From: an uncultured Clostridium sp.
GTDB taxonomy: Bacteria > Bacillota > Clostridia > TANB77 > CAG-508
Assembly (NCBI GenBank): GCA_900553015.1
Contig: USBY01000006.1
Location: 19,999 to 83,998, forward strand
DNA length: 64,000 nt
Direction: 5' to 3'
Made by a program: the position numbers and the translations under genes. Below are positions 12,251 to 22,748 of this stretch, piece after piece (the first letter of the stretch is position 1; every line of letters starts with the position of its first letter). Under the pieces are notes generated by a model that had not been told where the DNA came from, made no database searches, and worked only from the letters and a program-made list of their open reading frames with translations.

Positions 12251-12314
12251 AAAAAACCTCCTTTGGAAAACTTTTCTTAATATTTATGTTTTCCAAAAGG
12301 AAATTTTTAATACA

Positions 12315-14031
12315 TTATTTAATTTTTTCCAACTTGTTTATTTCTTGATATCTTTTTACTTTATGTGTTGTAGTTTTATCTAATGGCTTATCTGTAATTA
12401 CTATTTCTTTAATATGTTTATATGTTGGTAAATTTTTATTTATCTCTTTTATTTGTTTCCAAATAATTTGTTTATACTCATCCTCTGTTTTGTTTCCTAA
12501 TTCTTTTTCTATTAGATCTTTATTATACACAATTTTTGCACAAAGTAATGTATCTGTTATATCTTTGTCTCTTGCATATACTAAACTTTCATCTATATAA
12601 TCAATTTTATTAATTAAAAATTCTAATTCTTGAGGATATATATTCTTACCATTTCTTAGTACGATAATATCACTTTTTCTTCCTGTTACATATACAAAGC
12701 CATCTTTGTCTATATATCCATAATCGCCTGTATAGAACCATCCTTTTCTTAATACCTTTTTAGTTGCTTCTTTATTTTCATAATATCCAAGCATAATACT
12801 TGGTCCTTTAGCAACAATCTCCCCTACTCCATCTTTATCCTTTCCTTCAATTTTTACTTCTATATTGCATAAAGGTAAACCGACAGAGCCAGGTCTTTTT
12901 CTTTCATCACTTTCTGCAGTTATAACAGGAGATGTCTCTGTTAAGCCATATCCTTGTACTAAATCAATTCCAAGAGCATTGTAACCTTCTATCGTTTCTT
13001 TATTCATTGGTGCTGCCCCGTATAATACAACTCTTAAATATTCATCAAACTGTTTAAGAACTGCTTTAAATAAAAACTTTCTTGCATCTATATGATGCTT
13101 TAATAAAAAGCTTGAAAAACTTTTAAGTTTATTTATTAACTTTTCCTTACCACTATTTTCGATTCCTTTTTGAATCTTTTTATACATTGTTTCTAATACT
13201 AATGGAACTGCAACAAATACGCTAACTTGGAACTCTTTTAAATTATCTGCTATATGTCTTAGTCCCTCACAAAATGCAATTGTAGCACCACTATAAGTTC
13301 CATATAAAAATGTTATTGTACATTCAAAAGTGTGATGTATTGGTAAAAAAGAAAGTAATGTATCTGTTTTATATAATTTAACATGTTTAGCTATCGCACT
13401 AATATTTGAACAAATATTATTTTGCGATAACATTACTGCTTTAGGTTCATTGGTAGTACCTGATGTAAAAAGCATTATATACATCTCTTTATTATCAATT
13501 GTTACTTTATTGTATTTTTTCTTATTTGATTTTGCTATTTTTTTACCTTTATTAATAAAGTTTTCGAAATTTATTTCATCCTCGTCTGTGGTTTCATCCA
13601 TACAAATTTTATATTTTATTTGTAAACCATCATTTATTGCATTTGATATAGCATCAGTATATTTTTTCTCGTATACAACTACATCTACTTCACTTCTTTT
13701 TAACAGTTTTTCTATCTCTATATCTGTTAATGCTTTATCTAAAGGTACAATTACCTTACCGGCAGTTTCAGTTCCTAAATATGTAACGCACCATTCATAT
13801 CTGTTATTCCCTATAACAGCAATTCTTTTTGCATTTATAGATATAAGCGCTTCTGCCATTGCTTTTATATCTTCTGCAAACTTCTTATATGTTACTTCTT
13901 GTACTTCACCGAGCTTGTTTAAATTTAAATGCTACTTTGTCTCCAAATTTTTCATATCTTTTTACTAGCTCCCTGAAGTTTTTTATTGGTTTCCTTTCTA
14001 TGTCATTTTCTCTTTGTTTTTTCATAGACAT
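12315..14031 (-). pseudogene. Long-chain-fatty-acid--CoA ligase (AMP-binding enzyme) interrupted by a +1 frameshift near 13925-13935. N-terminal 42 codons (from ATG 14031 with RBS GGGGGA) are in one frame and the remaining 514 codons in another.
   Basis: Main ORF has the AMP-binding motif LFTSGTTNEPKAVMLS and a FadD-like C-terminus. The upstream frame encodes MSMKKQRENDIERKPIKNFRELVKRYEKFGDKVAFKFK, the expected N-terminus. Removing one base from the run tttaaatttaaa restores AFKLNKLGEVQEVTYKKF. This may be a sequencing indel rather than a true pseudogene. Confidence 0.6.
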
Positions 14032-14093
14032 TCCCCCAAATTCTCTTAGGATGCCTTTATTCTATAACAAATGGTTAAATTGTTCAATATTTT

Positions 14094-14122
14094 TGTTGAT
14101 TTTTAATTTCTTTAAGTATATA
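14094..14122 (+). promoter_or_regulatory. Sigma-A promoter for the NRPS operon: -35 TTGATT (14094-14099), 17-nt spacer, -10 TATAAT (14117-14122)
   Basis: Consensus hexamers, read from the sequence. Confidence 0.45.
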
Positions 14123-14143
14123 ATTTTTTCAAGATTAATATAG

Positions 14144-17100
14144 GTGATTTTTATGAACAATTTTAAATTTTATGATTTAACTATTCCACAAAAATCTATT
14201 TATTTAACCGAAGAATATGCATCTGGCAGTAGTGTTAATCTAATTGGTGGTAACATTATTATAGATGAACCGGTAAATTTAGATTTTTTGGAAAAAGCTT
14301 TAAATATTTTTGTAAAAAAGAATGACGCAATTAGAATTCGTATTCATATGGAAAATAACAAACCAAAGCAGTACATAACTCCATATGAACCTTTTACTGT
14401 AAGACGAGTTTTTATTAAAGATAAACAAGAATTAGAAGACCTTAGCTTACAGGCTGTTAATAAAAAATTTGATTTTTTTGATTCTAAACTATTTTGGTTT
14501 ACTCTTTTCAAGTTTGAAGATAATACTGGGGGATTAATCGTAACTTTTCACCATATCATTTCTGACGCTTGGACTATGAGTTTATTCGTAGACCAAGTAA
14601 TGAATATTTATTCAAAATTAATAGCTGGTGAAATTATTGATGATTCTGATAATAATTCCTATCTAGACTTTGCAAAAAGTGAACAAGACTATTTACATAC
14701 TCCAAGATTCCAAAAAGATAAAGAATTTTGGAATACTTTCTTTGACTCTGAGCCAGAGCCATCTTTAATTTCCGACCAAAAAGAAAAAATTATAGATACA
14801 ACTGCAAAAAGGAAAATATATATTCTAGATAAAGAATTGTATTCAAAATTAGATGCTTTTTGTAAAGAACATAACTGTTCTCTTTATACATTTTTTATGG
14901 CTATATATTCACTATATTTAGCACGTATTAATAATAATGATTTCTCTACAATTGGAACACCTATCTTAAATAGAACCAATTTTAAAGAAAAAAATACTTG
15001 TGGAATATTTGTAAGCACTCAAGCCTTTTTTATGAAAATGAATTATGAAGAGACTTTTACAGACTTCTTAAGAGAAGTTTTAACTAACCAAATGAAATTC
15101 TTTAGACATCAAAAATATCCATATTCTACATTACTAGAAGATTTAAAAGACAAATATAATATCTCATATAATTTATATGATTTAGCACTATCTTACCAAA
15201 ATGCTAGAATAGATAACACTGTAGCTAATATAAAATTTCATACAAACTGGTCTTTTAATAATAATTGTTCTGATACCTTACAAATACATTTTTATGATTT
15301 AGATGATACTGGAATAATTAATATTTATTATGATTATAAAGTTTCTAAATTTTCGGAAGAACAAATAGATAAAATTCATTCAAGAATTATGAATATGACT
15401 CTACGTGTATTAGATAATCCTTCTATCTTATTAAAAGATATAAGTATTATATGCGAGAAAGAAGAAGAACTTATAATAAATAAATTTAATAATTCTAATA
15501 TTGCTCATCCTAGAAATATAGGAATTCATGAGTTAATTGAAGATGTTGCTAGTCAGTATCCTAATAATACAGCAGTTACATATAATGGCGAGCATATAAC
15601 TTATAAAGAATTAATTGTTAATAGTACTAAGATTGCTACTAACCTTATCGAAAATGGTGTAAAAAAAGGAGATTGTGTAGCAGTTTTATTTAAAAATAAA
15701 GATATTAATCTTATTTGTTCATTATTAGGAGTTTTAAAAGCTGGAGCTGCTTTCTTAGCAATTTATCCTGATTATCCTAATGAACGAATTGAATATATAT
15801 TAGAAAACAGTAATAGCAAAATATTAATTACTGAACAATATTTTGACAACTTAAATATAAATTGTCCAAGATTATATATTAATAAATTAAAGGATTACCC
15901 AGCTATTGGTAAATTTCCTAAAGTATTACCAGATGACAATGCCTATATCATTTATACTTCTGGTTCTACAGGAAAGCCAAAAGGAACTATGCAATCACAT
16001 AATAATATTATTAATTTTGTATACTCTTTTAATCATTATTTAGATGATTCAATTACAGCTGATGACCAATTTTTATCTGTAACTAATATTTGTTTTGATG
16101 TTAGTATCGCAGAAATTTTTACAGCGCTTACTTTTGGTGGCAATTTACACTTATATAAAGATTTAAATAATAGTAGTATAGTGGAACTTGCTAAATATAT
16201 TTCGGTTAATAATATTACATTTGCATACTTCCCACCTGCCATGTTGCATTCTATATATGAGGAATTAGCTAAATATCCAAAATTAGCATTAAATAAAATA
16301 TTGGTTGGTGTAGAACCTATTAAAGCTTCTACTCTATCTAATTTTTATAACTTAAATCCTAATATGAAAATTGTAAATGGTTATGGACCATCTGAAACTA
16401 CTATTTGTTGTACAATGTATAAATTTAAAAATACTTTGCCACCTAATAGCATAACACCTATTGGAAGTCCAATTGGTAACTCTAAAATATTTATTTTGGA
16501 TAAATTAAAAAGATTAGTTCCAATTGGTAAAGTTGGCGAAATCTATGTACAAGGTGAATGTGTTGGTAATGGATATTTAAACAATCCAGAAAAAACAAAA
16601 GCATCTTTTGATTTAGAAAATAGAATATATAGAACTGGCGATTCTGCAAAATGGCTTCCAGATGGTTCAATAATGTTCGTTGGTAGAAATGATAATCAAA
16701 TAAAATATAGAGGTTATAGAATTGATTTAGGAGAAATTGAAAATACAATAAAAAATATTCACGGTGTAAAAAATTGTACAATTATATTAAATAAAGAATC
16801 TTCTGGCAATTCAACTCTAGTTGCATTTGTAATTATAGATTCATCAATAATAGATCAAGAATCATTTAGAAATATACTAGTTAATAAGTTGCCTCATTAT
16901 ATGATTCCAAATCAGTTTGAATTTTTAGATAAATTTCCTTTAAATACAAATGGAAAAATCGATAGAAAAAAATTATTAGCACATATAAATGATTTAGATA
17001 TAGAAAATTATGAGGCTCCTAATAACGATATAGAAAAAACATTGTGTTCTATATGGGAAAAAGTTTTAGGAAAATCTAAGATTGGAATAAAAGATAATTT

Positions 17101-18421
17101 CTTTTCTTTAGGAGGGGATTCACTAGATTCTATAAAGATTTCTGTAGAAGCTGCAAAATATGATATAAAATTATCTGCACAAGATTTTTATAGATATCCT
17201 ACAATTAAATTATTAGAAAAATATGCACTAAATGCACAAGTCCCTATTCCTAGTACAATTAATACAGTGGATTACGAAACTTTTCAAATAGAAAAAAGTT
17301 CTCCAAGTTATATAAATGGAGATATTTTATTAACAGGTGCTACAGGATTTTTAGGGGCTCATATTCTTTGTGAATTATTAGAAAAAACTAATTATACAAT
17401 ATATTGTTTAGTAAGGGGAGAATCTTTAGATAGTTCATCTAAAAGATTAAAAGGAAGACTACAATACTACTTTAAAGATAAATTAGATCATTATTTTAAT
17501 AATAGAATTATAGTTATTAATGGTGACTTTACTAAAGAGCACTTAGGCCTTATTTATAATGCATATAATGAGTTGTGTTCAAATATACAGTGTATAATTA
17601 ATGCTGCAGCAACTGTTAAGCATTTAGGAGATTATGCTGTTTTTGAAAAAACAAATGTATTAAGTGTAAAGAATTTAATAGCAGTTTGTAAAGATATTCC
17701 AAACTGCCAATTAGTACATATTTCTACGCTTTCAGTCGCAGGCAGTAATGATCCTAATGGTTCATGTAATTTTACAGAAAAGGATTTATTTGTTAACCAA
17801 GATATTAGTGAAAATATTTATATAAAAACTAAATTTGAGGCAGAAAAGTTACTATTAGAAGAAAACCAAAAAGGTCTTCCTATAACAATATTCCGTTTAG
17901 GAAATATTACTTGGAGAAGTTATGATGGTATTTTCCAACATAATCTAGAGGAAAATTTATTTTTTAATTTAATACAGTTTATTATAAAAGCAAAAAAAAT
18001 TCCTCTAGAGTTAAAAGATAAAACATTTAATATAAGTCCTGTTGATGAATGCGCAAGTTTAATAGTATCTATTCTACAAAATGATAATAAATATAATGTA
18101 TATCATATCTATAATCAAAATGAATTAACTTTACAAGAAATTGTTAACTTATTAAATAATTTAGGTTTTAACATACAATTTACTACTGATAATTCATTAA
18201 AAGATTTAGAAGATTCTACTGAAAATATTAATTTATCTTCTTACTTATATAAATTATTAACTAGCAAACACGAAGCAAGCAATATCAAAGTATCTAGTCC
18301 TTATACAACTAAGATATTAAAAGAAATTAATTTTAATTGGTCTAATATAAATACTAATTATTTTAAACACGGATTGGAGGAAAATTTAAATGAAAAAAAC
18401 TTTGGACAAAAATTGGGCTAA
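14144..18421 (+). CDS. Single-module non-ribosomal peptide synthetase with C-A-T-R architecture (condensation, adenylation, thiolation, terminal NAD(P)-dependent thioester reductase), 1425 aa
   Basis: C-domain HHxxxDG motif (HHIISDAWT). A-domain core motifs YIIYTSGSTGKPKG, NGYGPSETT, YRTGD, GRNDNQIKYRGYRIDLGEIE. PCP motif FFSLGGDSLDSI. R-domain Rossmann motif LLTGATGFLGAHIL. Confidence 0.9.
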   Translation: MIFMNNFKFYDLTIPQKSIYLTEEYASGSSVNLIGGNIIIDEPVNLDFLEKALNIFVKKNDAIRIRIHMENNKPKQYITPYEPFTVRRVFIKDKQELEDLSLQAVNKKFDFFDSKLFWFTLFKFEDNTGGLIVTFHHIISDAWTMSLFVDQVMNIYSKLIAGEIIDDSDNNSYLDFAKSEQDYLHTPRFQKDKEFWNTFFDSEPEPSLISDQKEKIIDTTAKRKIYILDKELYSKLDAFCKEHNCSLYTFFMAIYSLYLARINNNDFSTIGTPILNRTNFKEKNTCGIFVSTQAFFMKMNYEETFTDFLREVLTNQMKFFRHQKYPYSTLLEDLKDKYNISYNLYDLALSYQNARIDNTVANIKFHTNWSFNNNCSDTLQIHFYDLDDTGIINIYYDYKVSKFSEEQIDKIHSRIMNMTLRVLDNPSILLKDISIICEKEEELIINKFNNSNIAHPRNIGIHELIEDVASQYPNNTAVTYNGEHITYKELIVNSTKIATNLIENGVKKGDCVAVLFKNKDINLICSLLGVLKAGAAFLAIYPDYPNERIEYILENSNSKILITEQYFDNLNINCPRLYINKLKDYPAIGKFPKVLPDDNAYIIYTSGSTGKPKGTMQSHNNIINFVYSFNHYLDDSITADDQFLSVTNICFDVSIAEIFTALTFGGNLHLYKDLNNSSIVELAKYISVNNITFAYFPPAMLHSIYEELAKYPKLALNKILVGVEPIKASTLSNFYNLNPNMKIVNGYGPSETTICCTMYKFKNTLPPNSITPIGSPIGNSKIFILDKLKRLVPIGKVGEIYVQGECVGNGYLNNPEKTKASFDLENRIYRTGDSAKWLPDGSIMFVGRNDNQIKYRGYRIDLGEIENTIKNIHGVKNCTIILNKESSGNSTLVAFVIIDSSIIDQESFRNILVNKLPHYMIPNQFEFLDKFPLNTNGKIDRKKLLAHINDLDIENYEAPNNDIEKTLCSIWEKVLGKSKIGIKDNFFSLGGDSLDSIKISVEAAKYDIKLSAQDFYRYPTIKLLEKYALNAQVPIPSTINTVDYETFQIEKSSPSYINGDILLTGATGFLGAHILCELLEKTNYTIYCLVRGESLDSSSKRLKGRLQYYFKDKLDHYFNNRIIVINGDFTKEHLGLIYNAYNELCSNIQCIINAAATVKHLGDYAVFEKTNVLSVKNLIAVCKDIPNCQLVHISTLSVAGSNDPNGSCNFTEKDLFVNQDISENIYIKTKFEAEKLLLEENQKGLPITIFRLGNITWRSYDGIFQHNLEENLFFNLIQFIIKAKKIPLELKDKTFNISPVDECASLIVSILQNDNKYNVYHIYNQNELTLQEIVNLLNNLGFNIQFTTDNSLKDLEDSTENINLSSYLYKLLTSKHEASNIKVSSPYTTKILKEINFNWSNINTNYFKHGLEENLNEKNFGQKLG

Positions 18422-20456
18422 ACTGATTTTAGTGTATAACCTTGCCTGTATAATTGTTTCATTATTCTTCTATAAATTGGTGCCTACATTTTTATGCTAC
18501 CCACCAAATTCTATAGATAATGAATTTCAAATGGTTATAAATGGACTAACTTACACACAGCAATATGTAATGATAGTTCTATGTAGTTTATTAATGGAAA
18601 ATATTATATTAATACATAGTTTAAGAAAAGCAAATAAAATAAGAGCAGAACTGTTACAATCACCTAAAAAGGATGCTACAAAGTTATACTATAAACTTTC
18701 TAAAACAATATCTAGAATACCTAATTTAATATATATTGTACAAATAATAGTTCCTGTTATTATGATTGCAATAACATTTAGTTTGTTACAAGGTGAATTG
18801 TTTATTACTTTAAAAGTATGCTTACTATTCTTTTCTATGTTAACATTAATAGCAAGTATCTCATATATATTCTCTAAAAAGACTTTCCAAAATATTTTAG
18901 TAGATATATATCATGAAGTTTCTGGCTATTCTAATATAGATAGTAATTTTAATAAATATGTAAAAAGATCAAGTATAAAAAATGTTATTTTTATTGTAAC
19001 AATACCTATGTTTATAGTTACTGCACTTTTAATTGCTTTATCTGGCTATTCTTCTATTATAAAAGAAACTGGTGATTTAACTTACGACTTATATAATCAG
19101 GAATTAAACTCATTAGAGCTTCCTGCACAAACGGAAGAAAATCCTTTAGATGTATTAACTAACGCTCTTTCAGCAATTGAATATAAAAAAGCTAAAGTAG
19201 ATTCATATTTTATTATTGCTCCAGATGGCAATATAACAACTTCTAATGGTGAGGAATTATCAATATTCTTTACAAAATATATGAACGATTTAGCATCTAC
19301 TCAACCTGAAAAAAATAGAACCTATGACTTTTATGGTGATGACTCTCAAGGAGTATTTAAAAGTATTACTATAAACGGGGAAACATGGACTATAGGTATA
19401 CGTTATAATTTAGTGTCTAACACTATTTTAATCGGATTATTATCAATTTTCGCAGTATTATTTATAATTAATATTATTTTATTAAGATATTTCGCAAATT
19501 ATATTGCAAATGAAATAAAAAGGGTTTCTGATGCATTACTAAAAATTGTAGAAAATAAAAATATCGACCATAGTGCTAGATTGCCAGTTGTTTCTAATGA
19601 CGAAATTGGTGACTTGGTAAATGCATTTAATGAGATTCAAGACCTTACAAAGAATAATATAAATCAAATACATAATAATCAAAACATGCTTATAGAAAGA
19701 GAACGTCTCGCATCTTTAGGACAATTAATAGGTGGTATTGCTCATAACTTAAAAACACCTATAATGTCTATATCCGGTGCTGCAGAAGGGCTTACAGATT
19801 TAGTTACTGAATATGATAAATCTATTGGCGATAAAGATGTAACAGAACAAGATCATCATGATATTGCAAAAGATATGACATCTTGGATTGAAAAAATTAA
19901 AAAATATACAGAATATATGTCTGATGTTATAACTGCAGTTAAAGGACAAGCTGTTAATTTCTCTTCTACAAGTAATATTCATTTTTACATGGATGAATTA
20001 CTAAAAAATATTGATATATTAATGAAACACGAATTAAAAAATGCTTTAGTTTCACTTAATATAATAAATAATGTACCTTCAAGTACCTATATTAATGGTG
20101 ATATAAACTGCTTGGTACAAGTAATAAATAATATGATTTCAAATGCTATCCAATCATATAATGGTAAGCCAAATCAAAAAATAGATTTAATATTAAATGT
20201 TAAAGATAATAAAATAATAATACAAGTAAAAGATTATGGACCTGGTATTCCTAAAGAAGTTCAAGAAAAACTATTTAAAGAAATGATTACCACAAAAGGA
20301 AAAAACGGAACAGGACTTGGTTTATTTGTATCATATTCTACTATTAAAGCTCATTTTAATGGTGATATCAAATGTGATTCAGATAAAACTGGTACTACAT
20401 TTTCAATTATTATTCCTTTATCAAAAACTGATAATTCTAATAAAACTGGTAAATAA
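18390..20456 (+). CDS. Membrane sensor histidine kinase (multi-TM sensor region with extracytoplasmic loop, HAMP, HisKA, HATPase_c). The start codon overlaps the NRPS 3' end by 32 nt.
   Basis: H-box ERERLASLGQLIGGIAHNLKTP. ATP-lid GTGLGLFVS. RBS GGAGGA lies inside the NRPS coding sequence. Confidence 0.9.
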   Translation: MKKTLDKNWAKLILVYNLACIIVSLFFYKLVPTFLCYPPNSIDNEFQMVINGLTYTQQYVMIVLCSLLMENIILIHSLRKANKIRAELLQSPKKDATKLYYKLSKTISRIPNLIYIVQIIVPVIMIAITFSLLQGELFITLKVCLLFFSMLTLIASISYIFSKKTFQNILVDIYHEVSGYSNIDSNFNKYVKRSSIKNVIFIVTIPMFIVTALLIALSGYSSIIKETGDLTYDLYNQELNSLELPAQTEENPLDVLTNALSAIEYKKAKVDSYFIIAPDGNITTSNGEELSIFFTKYMNDLASTQPEKNRTYDFYGDDSQGVFKSITINGETWTIGIRYNLVSNTILIGLLSIFAVLFIINIILLRYFANYIANEIKRVSDALLKIVENKNIDHSARLPVVSNDEIGDLVNAFNEIQDLTKNNINQIHNNQNMLIERERLASLGQLIGGIAHNLKTPIMSISGAAEGLTDLVTEYDKSIGDKDVTEQDHHDIAKDMTSWIEKIKKYTEYMSDVITAVKGQAVNFSSTSNIHFYMDELLKNIDILMKHELKNALVSLNIINNVPSSTYINGDINCLVQVINNMISNAIQSYNGKPNQKIDLILNVKDNKIIIQVKDYGPGIPKEVQEKLFKEMITTKGKNGTGLGLFVSYSTIKAHFNGDIKCDSDKTGTTFSIIIPLSKTDNSNKTGK

Positions 20457-20469
20457 TTAAAGATATTAA

Positions 20470-20509
20470 AAGCGAAGGTAAATTGGCAAATTTTACCTTC
20501 GCTTTTTTT
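20470..20509 (+). terminator. Rho-independent terminator after the kinase gene (AAGCGAAGGTAAA...TTTACCTTCGCTT plus T7)
   Basis: 13-bp stem and U-run, read from the sequence. Confidence 0.65.
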
Positions 20510-20583
20510 GTATTTTTTTTGACTTTTTTCTTGCTTTTATAGATTTTTATTTATATAATTTCTATATTAGGAGGTCTGTTATT

Positions 20584-21612
20584 ATGAGAAAGAATCAAGT
20601 TACATCCAAAAGTGCTGATTTTAAAATAATCGCTGTAGATGATGAACAAGGAATTTTAGATTCATTATCTATATTTATGAAAAGATCTGGCTATGATTTC
20701 GTTGGCATAACAGATCCTATAGAAGCTATAAATCGCGTAAAAACAGAACATTTTGATTTAATGGTACTAGATTTTATTATGGACCCAATTCATGGTGACA
20801 AAGTTGTCGAAGAAATTAGAAAATTTAATAAAGATTTATATATTCTTCTTTTAACTGGTCACAAAGATTTGGCTCCACCACTAGAAACTATTCACGAACT
20901 TGATATTCAAGGATATTGCGAAAAAAGTGATAAGTTTGACCAATTATTATTATTAATAGAATCTGGATTAAAATCTGTAAATCAAATGAGAACAATTACT
21001 AAAATGAATGAGAATCTAGAAAAGTCTTATATGGATAGTATAGAGATTTTAAGACATACTGTAGAAGCTAAAGACCCTTATACTAGAGGACATTCAGATA
21101 GGGTTTCTGAATACGCAGTTCTATTAGGGAAAAAACTTAAATTACCTAACGAAGACATTGAAAAATTAAAAATCGGTGGTCTTTTTCATGATATAGGAAA
21201 AATTGGTATTCCAGACAGCATCCTTCTAAAAGAATCTAAATTAACAGATGAGGAATATTTAAAAATCAAAGAGCATCCAGTAATTGGATATAATATTTTA
21301 GAAAATGCTGACATGTTCAAAAATATTCTAGATATCATAAAATATCATCACGAAAGATTTGACGGAAATGGATACCCAGAAAAATTAGCAGGAACAAATA
21401 TCCCTTATCTTGCTAGAATCACTTCTATAGTTGATAGTTTTGATGCTATGACATCTAGAAGAAGTTATAGAGATTCTTTACCAATGGACGTTGTAAAATC
21501 TGAAATATTACAAAATTTTGGTTCTCAGTTTGACCCAGAAATAGGTATAGTTTTCCTAGATATTTTAGATAATGATTTTAATTCTATTAAACAAATACAA
21601 GAAAAGTACTAA
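20584..21612 (+). CDS. Response regulator with REC domain and HD-GYP c-di-GMP phosphodiesterase output domain
   Basis: REC acidic pocket (VDDEQ...LMVLDFIMD). HD-GYP signature HHERFDGNGYPE plus GGLFHDIGK. Own promoter TTGCTT-17-TATAAT (20531-20559). Confidence 0.9.
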   Translation: MRKNQVTSKSADFKIIAVDDEQGILDSLSIFMKRSGYDFVGITDPIEAINRVKTEHFDLMVLDFIMDPIHGDKVVEEIRKFNKDLYILLLTGHKDLAPPLETIHELDIQGYCEKSDKFDQLLLLIESGLKSVNQMRTITKMNENLEKSYMDSIEILRHTVEAKDPYTRGHSDRVSEYAVLLGKKLKLPNEDIEKLKIGGLFHDIGKIGIPDSILLKESKLTDEEYLKIKEHPVIGYNILENADMFKNILDIIKYHHERFDGNGYPEKLAGTNIPYLARITSIVDSFDAMTSRRSYRDSLPMDVVKSEILQNFGSQFDPEIGIVFLDILDNDFNSIKQIQEKY

Positions 21613-21656
21613 CTTTATTTGTATTTAATATAATTAATTAAGGAGGGGATTTAAAA

Positions 21657-22595
21657 ATGGTTTTAACTGCTTCAGAAACAAGAAAGCAAGCCAGAGAGTC
21701 TTTAAAAGGTAAATGGGGAACTGTAGTTTTAATTACATTAATATTTGTAGCATATGCTTTTATAGTTGGATTACTTTCTTCTATTCCTTTTTTAGGATTT
21801 TTAATTTCTATTGCAGCTATTGTCATTGATATTCCAATACTATATGGTTTTATGATGACTATGATGAAATTAAAAAGAGGAGAAAATGTAGGATATTTTG
21901 ATTTCTTCAAAGATGGGTTTGCTAATTTTAAAAGAGCATGGTGCGTTACAGGAAGATTACTTTTAAAAATGATTGCTCCATTAATATTAATAATAGTTGC
22001 AATTGTTATAATGATCGTTTCTGTTATTGCATCTTTAGCAACTGCATTTGCAGTAGGAATAAGCTCTTCTACTTCTGTTTTAGGTGGTGCTCTAGTTGGT
22101 GCTAGTGCTTTAACAATAGTAGCTTATATTGTAATACTTGCTGCATACATATGGCTTTTTATAAAGTCATTATCATATGGTTTAGGTATGTATCTTGCAA
22201 TTGATAATCCAAATATGAAACCACTTGATTGTGTTAACAAAAGTAAAGAACTTATGGATGGAAATAAAGGTCGTTTATTCTGCCTATATCTTTCATTTAT
22301 TGGATGGATTGCTCTAGCTGCTGTATTATCTTTAATACCTTTTGTTGGATGGATAGCAACATTAGCTGGAACTTTACTATTAGCACCATATATTGAATTT
22401 GCAGCAATAATATTCTATGAGAACAGAGCTGGTATAGATTTTTCTGCTACAGTTGCTGAAGGTACTGTATCTTCAGAAGAAAACACAGAAGGAAATACAC
22501 CAAAAACAAATGAAATAAAAGAACAATCTGGTTCTCAAGATGTAAAAGCAGAAATCGTAGATATACCAAATTTAGACCAAAATAAAGATGAATAA
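21657..22595 (+). CDS. DUF975-family integral membrane protein with C-terminal Glu/Thr-rich tail
   Basis: N-terminus ...SETRKQARESLKGKWGTVVLITLIF followed by multiple TM helices, typical of DUF975. Confidence 0.7.
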   Translation: MVLTASETRKQARESLKGKWGTVVLITLIFVAYAFIVGLLSSIPFLGFLISIAAIVIDIPILYGFMMTMMKLKRGENVGYFDFFKDGFANFKRAWCVTGRLLLKMIAPLILIIVAIVIMIVSVIASLATAFAVGISSSTSVLGGALVGASALTIVAYIVILAAYIWLFIKSLSYGLGMYLAIDNPNMKPLDCVNKSKELMDGNKGRLFCLYLSFIGWIALAAVLSLIPFVGWIATLAGTLLLAPYIEFAAIIFYENRAGIDFSATVAEGTVSSEENTEGNTPKTNEIKEQSGSQDVKAEIVDIPNLDQNKDE

Positions 22596-22604
22596 TCGTT
22601 TTTT

Positions 22605-22639
22605 GGAACGTCCCTCGGGATTTGGGGACGTTCTTTTTT
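22605..22639 (+). repeat. Copy a of the dispersed GGGATTTGGGGACGTTCC hairpin repeat family, variant form GGAACGTCCC-tcgggattt-GGGGACGTTC followed by T6. Acts as terminator of the DUF975 gene.
   Basis: 10-bp inverted repeat and U-run read from the sequence. Shares the core CGGGATTTGGGGACGTTC with 7 other sites. Confidence 0.7.
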
Positions 22640-22647
22640 CCCTTTTA

Positions 22648-22674
22648 GGGATTTGGGGACGTTCCTCAAATCCC
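22648..22674 (+). repeat. Copy b of the repeat family: GGGATTTGGGGACGTTCCTCAAATCCC
   Basis: Stem GGGATTT/AAATCCC enclosing the conserved loop GGGGACGTTCC. Confidence 0.7.
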
Positions 22675-22702
22675 GATTTTTTATTTATAATTCTAAAGCA
22701 AA

Positions 22703-22736
22703 AACTTCTTATACATATTGTATAAGAAGTTTTTTA
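22703..22736. terminator. Bidirectional terminator hairpin (AACTTCTTATAC-ATAT-TGTATAAGAAGTT) between the convergent DUF975 and tex genes
   Basis: Palindrome flanked by A-run and T-run. Confidence 0.55.
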
Positions 22737-22748
22737 TCTTCTATATAA

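Noticed and set aside
13450-14143. Plus-strand ORFs 13450..13968 and 13859..14143 (172 and 94 aa)
   Set aside because: Antisense to the acyl-CoA ligase gene and its 5' region. Phe/Ile/Leu/Ser-rich translations typical of AT-rich antisense frames.
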